Origin: Cycas panzhihuaensis
Taxonomy: Eukaryota; Plantae; Cycadophyta
Direction: 5' to 3'
NCBI GenBank assembly: GCA_023213395.1
Contig: CM041465.1
Coordinates: 205,909,741 to 205,973,740, forward strand
Length of the DNA stretch: 64,000 nucleotides
The notes below the pieces were generated by a model. It saw nothing but the letters and a program-made list of their open reading frames with translations, did not search any database and was not told the DNA's origin. Each line of letters opens with the position of its first letter. Positions within the stretch are counted from its first letter, which is position 1. Made by a program: the position numbers and the translations under genes. This document shows, one piece after another, positions 14,101 to 26,430 of the stretch.

Positions 14101-16882
14101 ATACCATGATAAAGAAAGATGAAATATGCACAAGTCCAAAAGAAATTGGAATAATGATCAATCTTCATCTATTGCATTAGAAAGGGTACATATTTATAGA
14201 TACATATCACCTCATTGAGGATTGATGAGATTGGAGAACAACTAACATAAGTTGTGAGAGAACATCAGGATGTGAGCTATAATACACATTTTAATAATGC
14301 ACATACATTAAGAATCTTCACAGGCATGCACCTTTTTAAGATAACTATGCATAGTACTTGAGGGATCACCAATTAAATAACTATGAAAATCATGGATAGA
14401 CTATAGATTAAGCATTATTCACCAACAAGAATTATATGAAAGAGTAAGTAGATTGAAGGAAGAATTGATTGTGGGTGTGGTGTGGAAATTGGGAATTTGA
14501 CAAAATTGAATAAGGACACAACACAACCATTCACTAGGCATTACAAGACAATACATCTACTATATAGTGATCTGGCCACGCAATTGTTAGAATATCTGTT
14601 TAATACATTATGAGATCCCTTGTAATTAATGTAATATTTTATTATGAGTTGGTTTCGGGCTAGAATTTGCATTAGGTTCATTTTGCTTCATGTGACTAGG
14701 TGCTGACAGCTTAGGGGTTTCAAAATGGATTTCACAAAGTTATCAAATATAGTTTAATTTCTCATGACATTAGAAAAACTAAAATTTGGCACAAATTTAC
14801 TATTATTTGAATGTTTAGCAAACTGCATTCAAATCTACTATTGTGTTTGCATTGCCAAATTTGTGGGCATGGTTCTATTGCAATTTGTAGGCATCTGCGA
14901 TCAAATTTGTGGGTGCTCTATGGTATTTTCTTGTTTCTAAGCTACCATACCACTATTATTGTGTTTGGTATTCACAAGGGTTTTTGCGATGTTATCCCAC
15001 TGGTTACGCCATGTACAGGGACCTTTCAATGAGTTGCAATTTTCACATATACAACCATGGCTCAACAATTCAATGTTTCTTCCATGTGTCCTATGTAGGC
15101 GTCGCCTTAGATTAAACATAGTTTCATGGCCCCTTCATGCATTCAATACTGCCCTACATTTAGGCATTTTTCTCCCCTTATTCATGCTTGCTTGTTTTCA
15201 ATTCTTGCATGGTTTTTCCTTCACAAATTTGCTATTGATGGCCCATGTGTTTAGAATTGCCCGCACCTCATGGCATCTTTGTTTTTGATCTTCACAACCG
15301 CAATCACATGCTTCGCATCCACCGTGGGTTTGCCAATTCACACCTAATAATCTTCCTTTCTTTCATGGATTTGCTACCCATCACACAGAGTTTGCCTTCT
15401 CTGTGCAATATCTGTGCCTTAGCCTTTGTTCTCACATTTCAACTCTAATTTTCAGCTGCAAATCTCAATTTGTGGGTTTTTGCTATAGACTTCCACACCT
15501 CTTCAATGCCTCATTCTCTTTTTGAGAATTCATCTCCACATTTATAGGGTTTAATGGGTTACTCAAATTTTACTAAATTGTCATTATCTTAGCAACATTC
15601 TTCCTCATGGGCATCTTTGAGTTTGCTTTGTTGCCCACAAATCATGGCTATAGTAAGGTGATTAGAACTACATGCATGATCTTCTCACCGAAACCATCAA
15701 CACTCACTTCTCAATTGACGTAGGGTACTCCTTTTCAATAGTAGGCCATCGTGACCTCATTTCATGGCCATAATTGTAATTCAAATATCTCTATAGTATG
15801 TGAGACTCAATCTAGTCATTAATCGTATATCCCCCATACAAACTAAAATCATTGAGATTGTGGACCCAACTTGAAAATCCCTACATGCTATATATAGGTG
15901 CACCAAATGCATAAATATCAATCCACTAAATCAATTTCTAAAATAGTCTCACTATAGATTTGAGATCCATGCTTCAAAGCTCCCCTGATCCATACTCATC
16001 CATCATACCAATCAAATAGCTTTTGCAAATAGCTTTCATTGAAACACCTCTAAGCAAACACAATTAATGCATCCACAAGATACTAGGCATATAGGATTTG
16101 TCCAACTATTAGAGGACTCCAACATGGATACAATGCTTGAGATATTTATGTCGACAAATCTTTGCCTACCTGTATTTGTTGCTACGGAGAAATCCATGGT
16201 GTCCAATAATCAAACAAACCGATCCATAATTTAGCAATGACATCTTTGTAGTTTGCAATTGTCATTGAGTCGCACGTATAATTAGTTGTGTTGCTCATTG
16301 CTTTGTAGATGCATTCTAGATACAAGGCTTATTATGCTTACAAATGAACCTTCATAAGAAACAAACCATTGGCTTTGTTAATCAAACCATAGGCTTCAAA
16401 GATTATACCATGAGCTCTGAGACCGTGTTAGAAAATTGGGTTTGACACCATGTAAGAGGACTATCAAACACGAGATAATACCATGTTAGAAAATTATGTA
16501 AGTGCTTAGATATCATGTTAAAAATATTATATAAGAATCTATTATACCATGATAAATGAAGATGAGATATGCACCAATGTAAAGTACAAAAGAAATTGGA
16601 ATAATGATCCATCTTCATCTATTGCATTAGAAAAGGCACATATTTATAGATACATATCATATCACCTTATTGAGGACTAATGACATTGGAGAACTTCTAA
16701 TATAAGCTATGACAATACATGAAGATGTAAGCTATAACACACATTCTAATAATGCTCACACATTAAGAATCTTCATAGATGTGCACCTTTTAAAGATAAT
16801 TCTACGCAATATATGAGGGATCACCAACTAAAGAATTATGATATCCATGGATTGACCATAGATTAAGCATTATTCCCCAACA
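11160..16882 (-). mobile_element. Non-autonomous LTR element (~455-bp LTRs, no recognisable coding domains), three LTR copies because of a tandem duplication
   Basis: LTR copies at 11160-11613, 13981-14427 and 16426-16882. PPT-like CTCCTCCATAAT follows 11613. PBS-like GCTCTGAGACCA/G precedes 13981 and 16426. No clear TSD. Confidence 0.75.
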
Positions 16883-17130
16883 AACATTACATGAAGAAGT
16901 AAGAAGATTGAAGAAAGAACTGATCAGGGTGAAGGAGGACATGGAAATTGGGGATTTGATTAAACTGAACAAGGACACGATGCAATAATTTGCTAAACAT
17001 GATAAGACAATACAACTATTGCATAGTGATTTGGTAGCCAAATTGTTAGAATATATGTTTAATGCTTATATTAATTAGACTCATAACTTAATGTTATGGG
17101 ACCTCTTGTACTTAATGTAATATTTTATTA
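12203..17130. repeat. Old ~2.44-kb tandem duplication (units ~12203-14645 and ~14646-17130)
   Basis: Colinear homology through internal sequence, PBS, LTR, flanking DNA and the first part of the Copia 3 5' LTR (14585-14645 vs 17044-17130). Roughly 75-85% identity by eye. Confidence 0.8.
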
Positions 17131-20100
17131 TAGAGGGATGAGTCAGTTGGGGGAGCACTCGTGAAGTGGAAGAATGGCAGCATTAGTTCTGGCTGTTACA
17201 TTTGTATAGTTGTATATAAACATGTATTTGTGTTGTATGTATTATTGAATAGAATAGAATAGAAAAATTGGAGCAATTTGGAGACTAATACTTTGTGTTT
17301 CAATTGTTCACTATACTCTTCCTTATGTACTTTGATTTCTAGCATGGTATCGGAGCCAGGTTCTTGTCAGAGGAGCCAATTTTCTTAAAATTAATTTTAG
17401 AATTTTGAATCGAGCTAGAATTGTGCATGGAGCTCAGTTGCTAGAGGCACGAGGGTTTGTAAACTTTGTTCTTAATTTTGAAAAATGAAGTGAAGCTTAG
17501 GATTTGTTTTGGAAAATTTAGTGTTTCTAGCAAATTAGCAAACTCCAAGAGATTTTTTTTGAAATTGCTATGTGTTAGAACCAAGTGCCAAGAAAGGAGG
17601 CATGTCTAGCCAAGTGGAAGAAATAACCCTCAAGAGTGCATTTCTATGTTTACAACTATGACAAGATTTGGTAAATGCCAAATTCTTTTTGTTTTTTTTT
17701 TTTGAAGTATGTGTGCTTGGTTTTGAAGCAAACATAGGGGTTTCTTAAAACTTGTAAACAAGGCTTAATATGTTGTGGTTTTGAGTAGAGGATAAGTAGG
17801 GCAAAATTGCCCATGAAATGGGAAATGTAGAGAGATCTCATGTTCCTAGTTGCTAGAAGAAAATTGCTGGTAGAGGACTCAAGTTCCAAAAAGACGTTGT
17901 GAATAGGGGTTGTGTGAAATTCTATGACCATCTCGTGAGACAAAAGACAAACATAGTAAGTTTACAAGTTTGTGGGATAGAAGCATAAAGAGATTTGAAG
18001 CTCGCACTATGGAGATTGCATCTATAACACAATAACCTTCAAATGGAAGCCCATAAATCTCTAAGGGATGAAAATGCTAGGAAAGAAAAAGGTCAACGAT
18101 CGATGTTTTGAAATTGACAAAAAATTCATAGTGGGACCTTGAATGTTGAGATGCCATATGCCACTCCTTACAATCGCACAAAGATGAGATATTTGTTGAA
18201 ATCAACAAATAGGTGGGTAAATTTTGCAAAATTCAACTTTGAGTTAGTCATTCTCTAAAGTCTTTTCTTAATAAAATTTGTTTAGACAAAAATTTCAACT
18301 CGTTGAAGCTCCCTAGACTACTGTGCCTTTGGGCACAACTCATGAGAAGGCTAATTTCATTTCATAGCTTATCAATCGTCAAAATTAAATTCTAAGAACA
18401 TTAGCCTGCTTTGATTTGTATATTCTTTCATTTGGCAATGGTCACATGGACTGGTTCTTTGTCCCTCTTGATGTAAGTTGAAGATTTATTTGTTATTATT
18501 ATTATTTTGGTGATAATCCTAGTTACCTATGTGCAAGCCAAAGACATTTCTAGTAAATTCCATCATTCTATGTATTGATTGAACATTTTCATAAAAATTA
18601 GTAAATTTTATTTTGTGGTGTAGGCCTATGAGTGTGTGTTTTTGTTGATTTTTGTTGTGTTTGTCCCTTGTTTGTTGTAAAAATGATGAGTGGAAATGGT
18701 ATTTTGAGCCATGCCAAAGAAAAACTTACTAGTTCTAATAATTATCTTGCATGGAAATATTAGATGACCAATTTCTTGGTTTTAAACGATCTTTGGAAGT
18801 ATGTTGACCAAACATATGTAGGAAACCCAAAAGATCCTATTGATTGGACCAAATTTCAAACAAAATTGAATGTCGATGTTCATTGAAGGCCAAGTTTGAG
18901 GCCAAGATGAGAATAGCATTAGGAAATTCTCAAGTTGTAGAAGCTTGATTGAAAATGCGAAGGATGCCAAAACCCCTTAGGAAGTTTGGGATGTAATCAT
19001 GTCCTTGTATGAGCATAAGGATGATGCTAGGGTGCTCATGTTGAAGAATTAGATGTATAGTTTTAAACTCAGTGGGGCAATGATAGACCATTTGTAGTAG
19101 GTCAATAAAATCAAGGACAATTTAAATACCATAGCAGATATAGAGTTGGCCACTTCTATTTTGAGAATTTGCAAGCATCATATAAGAACTTCATTACTAC
19201 TCTGATGTGAGCAAATAAGCTATCAAGTTTATCATTCAGTTCATTAAAGACTTTATTGTTTTAGCATAAGCAGAGGCTAAAGGACTTAAGTGATGACTCA
19301 TTCTAGCATGTGTAGTCAGAGCAAAGGGCAAAAAGAAATTTGTGTCGAGGAGGAGTAATACATCCTCTAAACACAATATTCGAAAAGAGGCATCTGGGAG
19401 TTCTAAGGGACAAAATAAGTCAAAGTGTTGGCACTATGGGAAGCTTGGGCATTTAAGGAAGGATTGTTAGGAATTACAATAGCAATAGTGACAAAAGTCA
19501 CAACAGTAACAGAGGTTGCAGAGGTAGATAGGATAGATGGATCACATCTCTTTTACATTTAGAAGAGATGAGAGGGAGAAGAATCTCTTTATTGTAGCCT
19601 ACAAGATAAAGAGTAATGCACAAAATGATTGATATATTGATTCAGTAGCAACTAGGCATATGATAGGTAGATTAGAATGGTTCCAATCAACGTGGGAGGT
19701 AAAAGGACAGACTATTACTACTGGTGATGATACTGAGTTAAAGGCGAAAGGGATTGATGAAGTTCTCATTTATCCACCTAATGGTGAAAAATGCTATCTT
19801 GATAATGTTTTCTATGTGCCTGGTCTAAAGGCAAATCTCATCTCTATATCATAGGTTGAGTAGCAACATATGAGTGTTTTGTTTGAAAACAACAAATGTA
19901 TTATCAAGGATCATAATAAGAATGTCTTAGCTATAGGTACTAGGGAAGATGATCTATATATACTAAATGGCAAATCTAAAGTTTAGAGAGCCTTCGCTAC
20001 TGTATGCTCAAAACAAATGTTATGGCATGAATGAATGGGACATTTGAACTACATGAGTGTTTAGCTATTGTATAAATTAAATCTGGTGCATGGCCTTCCT

Positions 20101-21749
20101 AAGATTAAAATCAAAGGTTGCTTGTGTGAACCTCATATCATGGGTGAGAAGCATAGACAGAACCATTTCCTAAAAAGAAAGCTTGGAGAGTGAAAGAGAA
20201 ACTTGAATTGGTACACTTAAACATCTATGGACCAATGCTGACCATATTACTTGGGGGAGTCAAACACTTCTTGACATTTATTGATTATTTTTCCAAGAAG
20301 GTTTGGGGTTATCCTTTAAAGGATAAGGCACATGCCTTCATTGTTTTCAACTAGTTCAAGTAATTGGCTGAAAATGGATCAGCACATAAAATCAAGATCC
20401 TTTGGATTGATAATGGTATAGAATTCACTTTTAACAAATTTAATCAATTTTATGAGGGTCATGCCACTTGGAGGTAGTTTTCAATTGCGTACACACCACA
20501 ATAGAATGGAGTGGCAGAATAGATGAATAAGAGTTGGTTGAAAAAACCAAGTCCATGATGAAAGGAAAAGGTGTTGCATATTATTCGTTGGTTGAAGCAG
20601 TGAATACTATTACATATTTGATTAACAAAAGTCTTATGAATGATCTAAATTTGAATGGGAAAGTGAAAACTTATTCCAATTGAAACAACTTTAGATTCAA
20701 TATACAATAAAATACATTACATTTGGAAATATTTCAATTTTTCTTGCAAGATCCTGTTTTATAGTGCTCTGTTGAGCGCTTTCTTCGGTGCTACAACAAT
20801 CTGGGATTGGATAAATGAATGCTGGGCACAATATTAACTGTTGCGTACTCTTTGGTACGTTTTCCAGAGACTCTGAAGTGAGGTTTTTCCTTTTGTTTAG
20901 CCGCAAAACCACTTCTGGGATATCTTCTGACTTGGGCGTCTTTCCAAGATTGCTCCAGTTGTCTTCTTCTATCCTTGGCTGCGTCTAAACCTTCTTGGAC
21001 TCCTCCCATGTCTCATGAATAGATCTGGTCACTTCTTCTCTGCACCTTCCTGTCCGTTCCACTTCTGTGCCTCTATTTTTGTTCGTTCCCCGCGTAGTCT
21101 TAGTTTTTGGAGCAATTTCGCATTTGGGTTGCTATTATGAGTTATTTATCAAAATTTTCGCTCCTCTTGCTGTGTTTGAGATTGTTGGGCGCTTCACCTT
21201 GTCTCCCAGACAGATCTGGGCGGTTTTTTTGCCTTTCCCAAAGTCTGTTCAACTTCTAAAATTCGTTTTTCCATTTTTTCCTTTCAGCTTTTTAGGCCTC
21301 TTTTTGATCGGTTAAAAATTGATTAAAATCAGTTAAAACTCCTGTTTTCTTTCTTCTATTAGCTAGAGGACACTTGTACGGACATTGCCTGAAAATTCCG
21401 TGCCAATCAGAGCACATTTTCCTCATCCGGTTGCATTTTCCATGAAGGCTGTTGTTTTCTGGTTGCACCTGAAACATGCCTGGCCGCATCTAAGACGGGC
21501 CTTGTCACACTTGAGGCAGGCCTGGTCGCACCCTGCCAAAACTTGGTCGTACCTGAATGTATTTTCCTCGCATTTTAGGAGCCGAATTGCATTTTTCCGC
21601 CTACTGAAGGCGGGACATATGAAAACAAATTCCATCCAAATGGATTTATACTCTTTTTGAAGAGTATTAAAGATTTTAATTGATCCGAAATTGGATCAGA
21701 ACTCCCCCTTTTTAGGAGTTCATGGCCTCATGAACCTTATAATTGTAAA

Positions 21750-23533
21750 TGAGGGAATTTGATTCTTCCCTTCTCCCTACTGTACCATTTTGCTTTGTTG
21801 AGTAGTTGTCCTTTCTCTCAAATCCTGAAGGATTTAATTGTGCCTCTTCGGGTTATGGTCTACTTCTTTTGAAGAATGCAATAAACTTGCAATGGTTTTT
21901 CTTCCTCCACTCGCACCTCTTCTGGATTTGGCAAGAGTGGAATTCCATCTTCATCTTCATCTTCATCCAATATAGATGGCTCGAACATCTTCAGATTCTC
22001 AACATTCACTACTGAATTTATCTTTATGAATTTTGGAAGTTCAAACTGAAAAGCATTTTCCCTAATGTTCTTCAAGATTTTAAAAGGACCATATTGTATA
22101 GGCTTCAACTTTTTACCTTCACCCTGCAATCTTTTCTTGCTGAGATGCAACCAAAGTCAATCTCCTTCCTTAAAGGAATGGCTAGTTCTATGTGCATCAT
22201 GCCTTTGTTTATATTTTTGCTGAGATTTTTGAAGCTGCTCCTCAACCTGTTGATGAATTTTTCCAATTCTTTCCAAGAATCTTTGCACCTTCTCTTGTCT
22301 TTCTTCCTCCTTTCCATTTCCTGTAGTAAGTTGGGTTGAAAATTCTAAATCAAATGGACTTGCAGGCAAAAATCCTAAATATACCTGGAATGGTGATTTT
22401 TGAGTTGAGCTATGATTGCTCTGTTGAAGGCAAATTGTAGGTATGGGAGACTTTCATCCTAGGTCTTGGGATGCTTGGCATTGTACCCTCATAACAATTG
22501 CACCATCGTCCTATTGACAACTTTGGTCTGGCCGTTAGTTTGAGGATGAAAGGCTGTGCTCGCCTTCAGCTTCATGTCCATCATTCCCCAAAGAGTTCGC
22601 CAAAAATGACTCAAAATTCTACTATCTCAATCAGAAATGATAGAATTGGGAAGCCCACAATGCTTCCATACGTGTTGGAAAAATAATCTAGCTATGTCTT
22701 CTCTTGTATGTGTTTTCCTACAGGGAATCAACACCACCATTTTACTGAATTGATCAACAACTACAAAAAAATAATCCATACCATTTTTGGTTTGTGGCAG
22801 TCCTCTAAGGAAATCCATGGAGATACCCTCCCATGGTCGTAATGGAACAGGAAGTGGAGTGTACAATCCCAACTTCCTATTGGCCAGCTTTGATGTGCTA
22901 CACAATGTACATCCTCGTGTTGCTGTAGTCACATCCTGCTGCATATTGGGCCGATATATATATCGTTGTAAATTCAACAATGATTTTTCCACTCCGAAGT
23001 GTCTTGCAACTTGAGAGGTGTGAGCTTCTCTTACACACTTCATTCGGTTTGCATGCTTTGGAATACAAAGTTTATCCTGCTTGAAAAGTAGACCATTTCT
23101 CAACTGAAAATCAACAAATTTCTTTCCTTGTTGTAGCTGCTCCAAGATAGGCTTAAATGCCTCATCTTCCATGTAAAAATCAGTATATTCATCATGGAAG
23201 AAAGGCTGAAATTGCAGAGCTACTAACAAGCTAGAAATACCTTGCTATTGAGGAGGTCTGGATCACAAGTCTACAATTTTATTTGTTGTGCCTTTATTGT
23301 ACTTGACCACGATGTGAAACTACTGCAAATAGAACATCCACTTCATGTGCCTGGCCTGCTGCAACTTGGACTATGCCTGCAAGAATTGCAAAGGCTTGTG
23401 GTCGGTGTGGATGACCACTTCTTTTCCCAATAAGTAAGGTCTCTAATGCTTGACTGCTTGATGCAATGCATAGAGCTTCTTATCACAAACTGGGTAGTTT
23501 ATTACAACTCCATTAAAAGTCTCTGAATGGTAT
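21750..23533 (-). pseudogene. Gypsy RNaseH (3' part), integrase and chromodomain-like tail, degenerate
   Basis: ORFs 22627-23229 (HHCC region, PWEGISMDF), 22157-22369 and 21860-22150 (YGPFKI), then ILQKK*TITRRG..AKWY. Confidence 0.88.
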
Positions 23534-25562
23534 TGTTGATTTCATTTCTCACTACACTTGTGAGATAGTATACTTGTCAAGGAATCACTGGTAGTCTAGT
23601 TTAGGATATAGTCAACATGCATCATACACCAAAGTTATTGCAGATTTACTCATAATTTCACATAACGTCATCACAGATTACACACAACAGTACAATAATC
23701 AACAAGTATCCATCATACAAGCATCATAGTACATATAGAACATAGATTTCCATGTAACTCTTCTCTTTATTAAGCAATAGGTCTCATACAATTTGTTCTG
23801 GAATGTATCCCTTATACATTCCATCCATATACATAGAATTCTATCATATACATTCCAAAAGGAAATGCAACTGTTGTAACTCTGATTCGTACCACTAATT
23901 CTGCTTACTGGCTACTGTACCACCATGTGGAATGAATATTCGACTCTCACCCTGGAGAATATACCATAGGATTGAATTACTTGGCTCTCACCCTTGAGAA
24001 TGTGCCATGGAATGAATAACTCAACTCTCACCGCTGGAATGATCCTCAAAGCATCATTAAATGTCCCTTTGATGCCTTTTGGGTGAAAGGTTATGACCCA
24101 AAGTCATAACCATACCTTTTTGTCACCAAGGTACCCTTTCACTTTAATACATGATTAAGTCTCCTTAATGGTGTCTTTTCCATCCGTACGTCTGTACATC
24201 CGTCCTTCTGGGTTGACATCATCATTTTTGGCTGCCTTTGGGTTAGATCTATCCATGTGTACCTTGTTGTCTGCTAGCGTACTGAAAATGGTATGCACCT
24301 TGTGTTGCGTACCAAAAAAGGTACATATCTTTCATACATACCTAGATTGCATGTTTTCCACCTTTTTCCATTGTGTGTACCTCTGCATGGTTTGTACATG
24401 CATTCCTTTGGTCAATACAAGCTTGTATTCCATCTTCCTCATAGTCTATGTGCCAAAATATACCCTAACATCTATCTCGAGTCGAGAAGATTGAGTTGAG
24501 CATCCCTACTTATCAAAATTTCAAAAATTTTAGGGTATCCTTCCCCCTTTCTGTTCTAAGGTTGCCCCTGCTACCTCTGCTCTCTCTTGTGTCTTGTGTA
24601 AAAAAAATTCAAAATTTCGTTGATTTGAGTGAGGGTTGCTATTATAGCATCTTTCTCTTTGATCTTCTCTTGAAGGGCAACTATTTCTGCCTTATACTCT
24701 TCTTCCATTTCCCTATGATTTTCCCATTTTGATTTTTTTCACTATGATTTTTTCCTTCACAATTTTTTTTTGTCATATTGCTTATTTGTATGATATGAGT
24801 TACGGTTGTTGTTTCTGTTTTTTGATTTTTTTGTGTTTTTTGTTTACACACCAAACTAAATCACGTTTTGGTATCAAGACAACTTTATTTGCCTTCAACT
24901 TCAAGCAACATGTTATAGTACAACCAATTGATTCCTTTGTTGAATTTGTCACTCCCTAGTTGTGATAGGGTTTGAGTTTACTGCCCTTGACCATTTTAGG
25001 GAGTAGTTGGCCTGCTAGTTTCTTCAACTGGATAGTGCGATTCTTGTACATCTTCTCAATCATATATGGGCCTTTTTAATGCATCTTCAATTCTCCCTGG
25101 GGTGTTCGGGATTCGTTGTCGAATTGTCATACTCGATCACCTTTCTTGAAATATGATGTCTTGTCGTGGTAGTCGTGCCTTGTCTTTTTTTGCCTTTTCC
25201 TTGGTGTGGTATGGTTTGTCAATTTCTTCTTATGGTCCCTTAATTGATCTTTGTTTATTATTCCTTCTCCCAACCAATGTTCTCTACAATGTATCGAGTG
25301 AGTAGTTCCATATAGTCGTTCTTCGTAAAAGGGCTTCACATAATCTCCAATGTATTCTTCATGATTTCTTTCCTCTGGAGTGGCAATTTTGTTTCCTAGA
25401 CTAGAATCTCTAGGGATACTCTCAATAGGTTCCTTTTCTTCTTCCTCAGATTTGGTGTCAATGGTTGAAAAGGACCTTTTGCTAAGTGGGTGTACCTCTA
25501 AAGAAGATGAGGAAGGTTCGTTACTTCCTTCCTCAGGTTGGGATAGGGGTGGGGAAGGGCAG

Positions 25563-26430
25563 TGTTGGAGCATATTGTGACACACTGGGCTATGGGCAGA
25601 CTAGAGAGAGGCTGGGTATCCTTGGATTGTGCAGGTATGGACCGTACGAAGGTATGCATGCAACAAGAAGTGAAGAATTCAAAGATTCGCATTATGATGT
25701 GCGTGCACTGCAAAGGTACGCAATACATATACGCACACCCCGTGCGTAACGCAAGCAAACAGAAATGGTACGCACAAGAAGACTGGATAGAAGGAAGCTT
25801 GGGATGACGTCAGACGTACGTACGGACGAGTTAAGATAGCCAATTAAGGGAACTAACCAATGGTTAGGAAGAGGTACGCTTGACTGAAAAGGTACGATTA
25901 TGACAGACAGTCATAACCCTTCAGCCAAAGGACACCAAAGGAGCGTATTTAAGTGGCTTCACAAGGACCATTCGGTTAGGGTGAGAGCCGAGTGATTCAA
26001 TCCTATGGTATACTCTCTAGGTTGAGAGCCAAATATTCCAGTACGCATTGGTACGGAGACCAGTACGCATGATAGTAGCCTAAGCCGTGTATTTTGATGG
26101 GTACCTCCTGGGTATGCATGTGACAGAGTGAATGTATGAGGCTGGAATGCACAGGGAATGCATTCCAGCACCTTGTGTAAAAGAACTTATTGCTTAATAA
26201 AATAAAAGTTGCGTGGAAATTGTGGATTCTTTGTGTTTGCAAGGATTGAATGTGAAATAGGTGTTGATCTCTCGTGTGTCGTTGTCTTTGTCAGAATCAT
26301 GTGGAAATGTTAATAAATCTGTGTGAACTATGTGGATGATGATGTTGACGGTATCCTAAACTAGACTATAACCTGTGTAACCTTGACAAGTGTATTGATC
26401 TCATAAGGGGTGTGAATCTCTAAGTCAACA
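25563..26430 (+). mobile_element. Solo LTR (868 bp) related to the host element's LTR, opposite orientation
   Basis: TGTTG...CAACA ends, perfect TSD GGCAG, shared motifs with the reverse complement of the 23534 and 29663 LTRs. Confidence 0.92.

Noticed and set aside
23900-24040. tRNA gene or tRNA-derived SINE
   Set aside because: Only short dispersed tRNA-Glu motifs inside an LTR; no cloverleaf, A/B-box spacing or tail.
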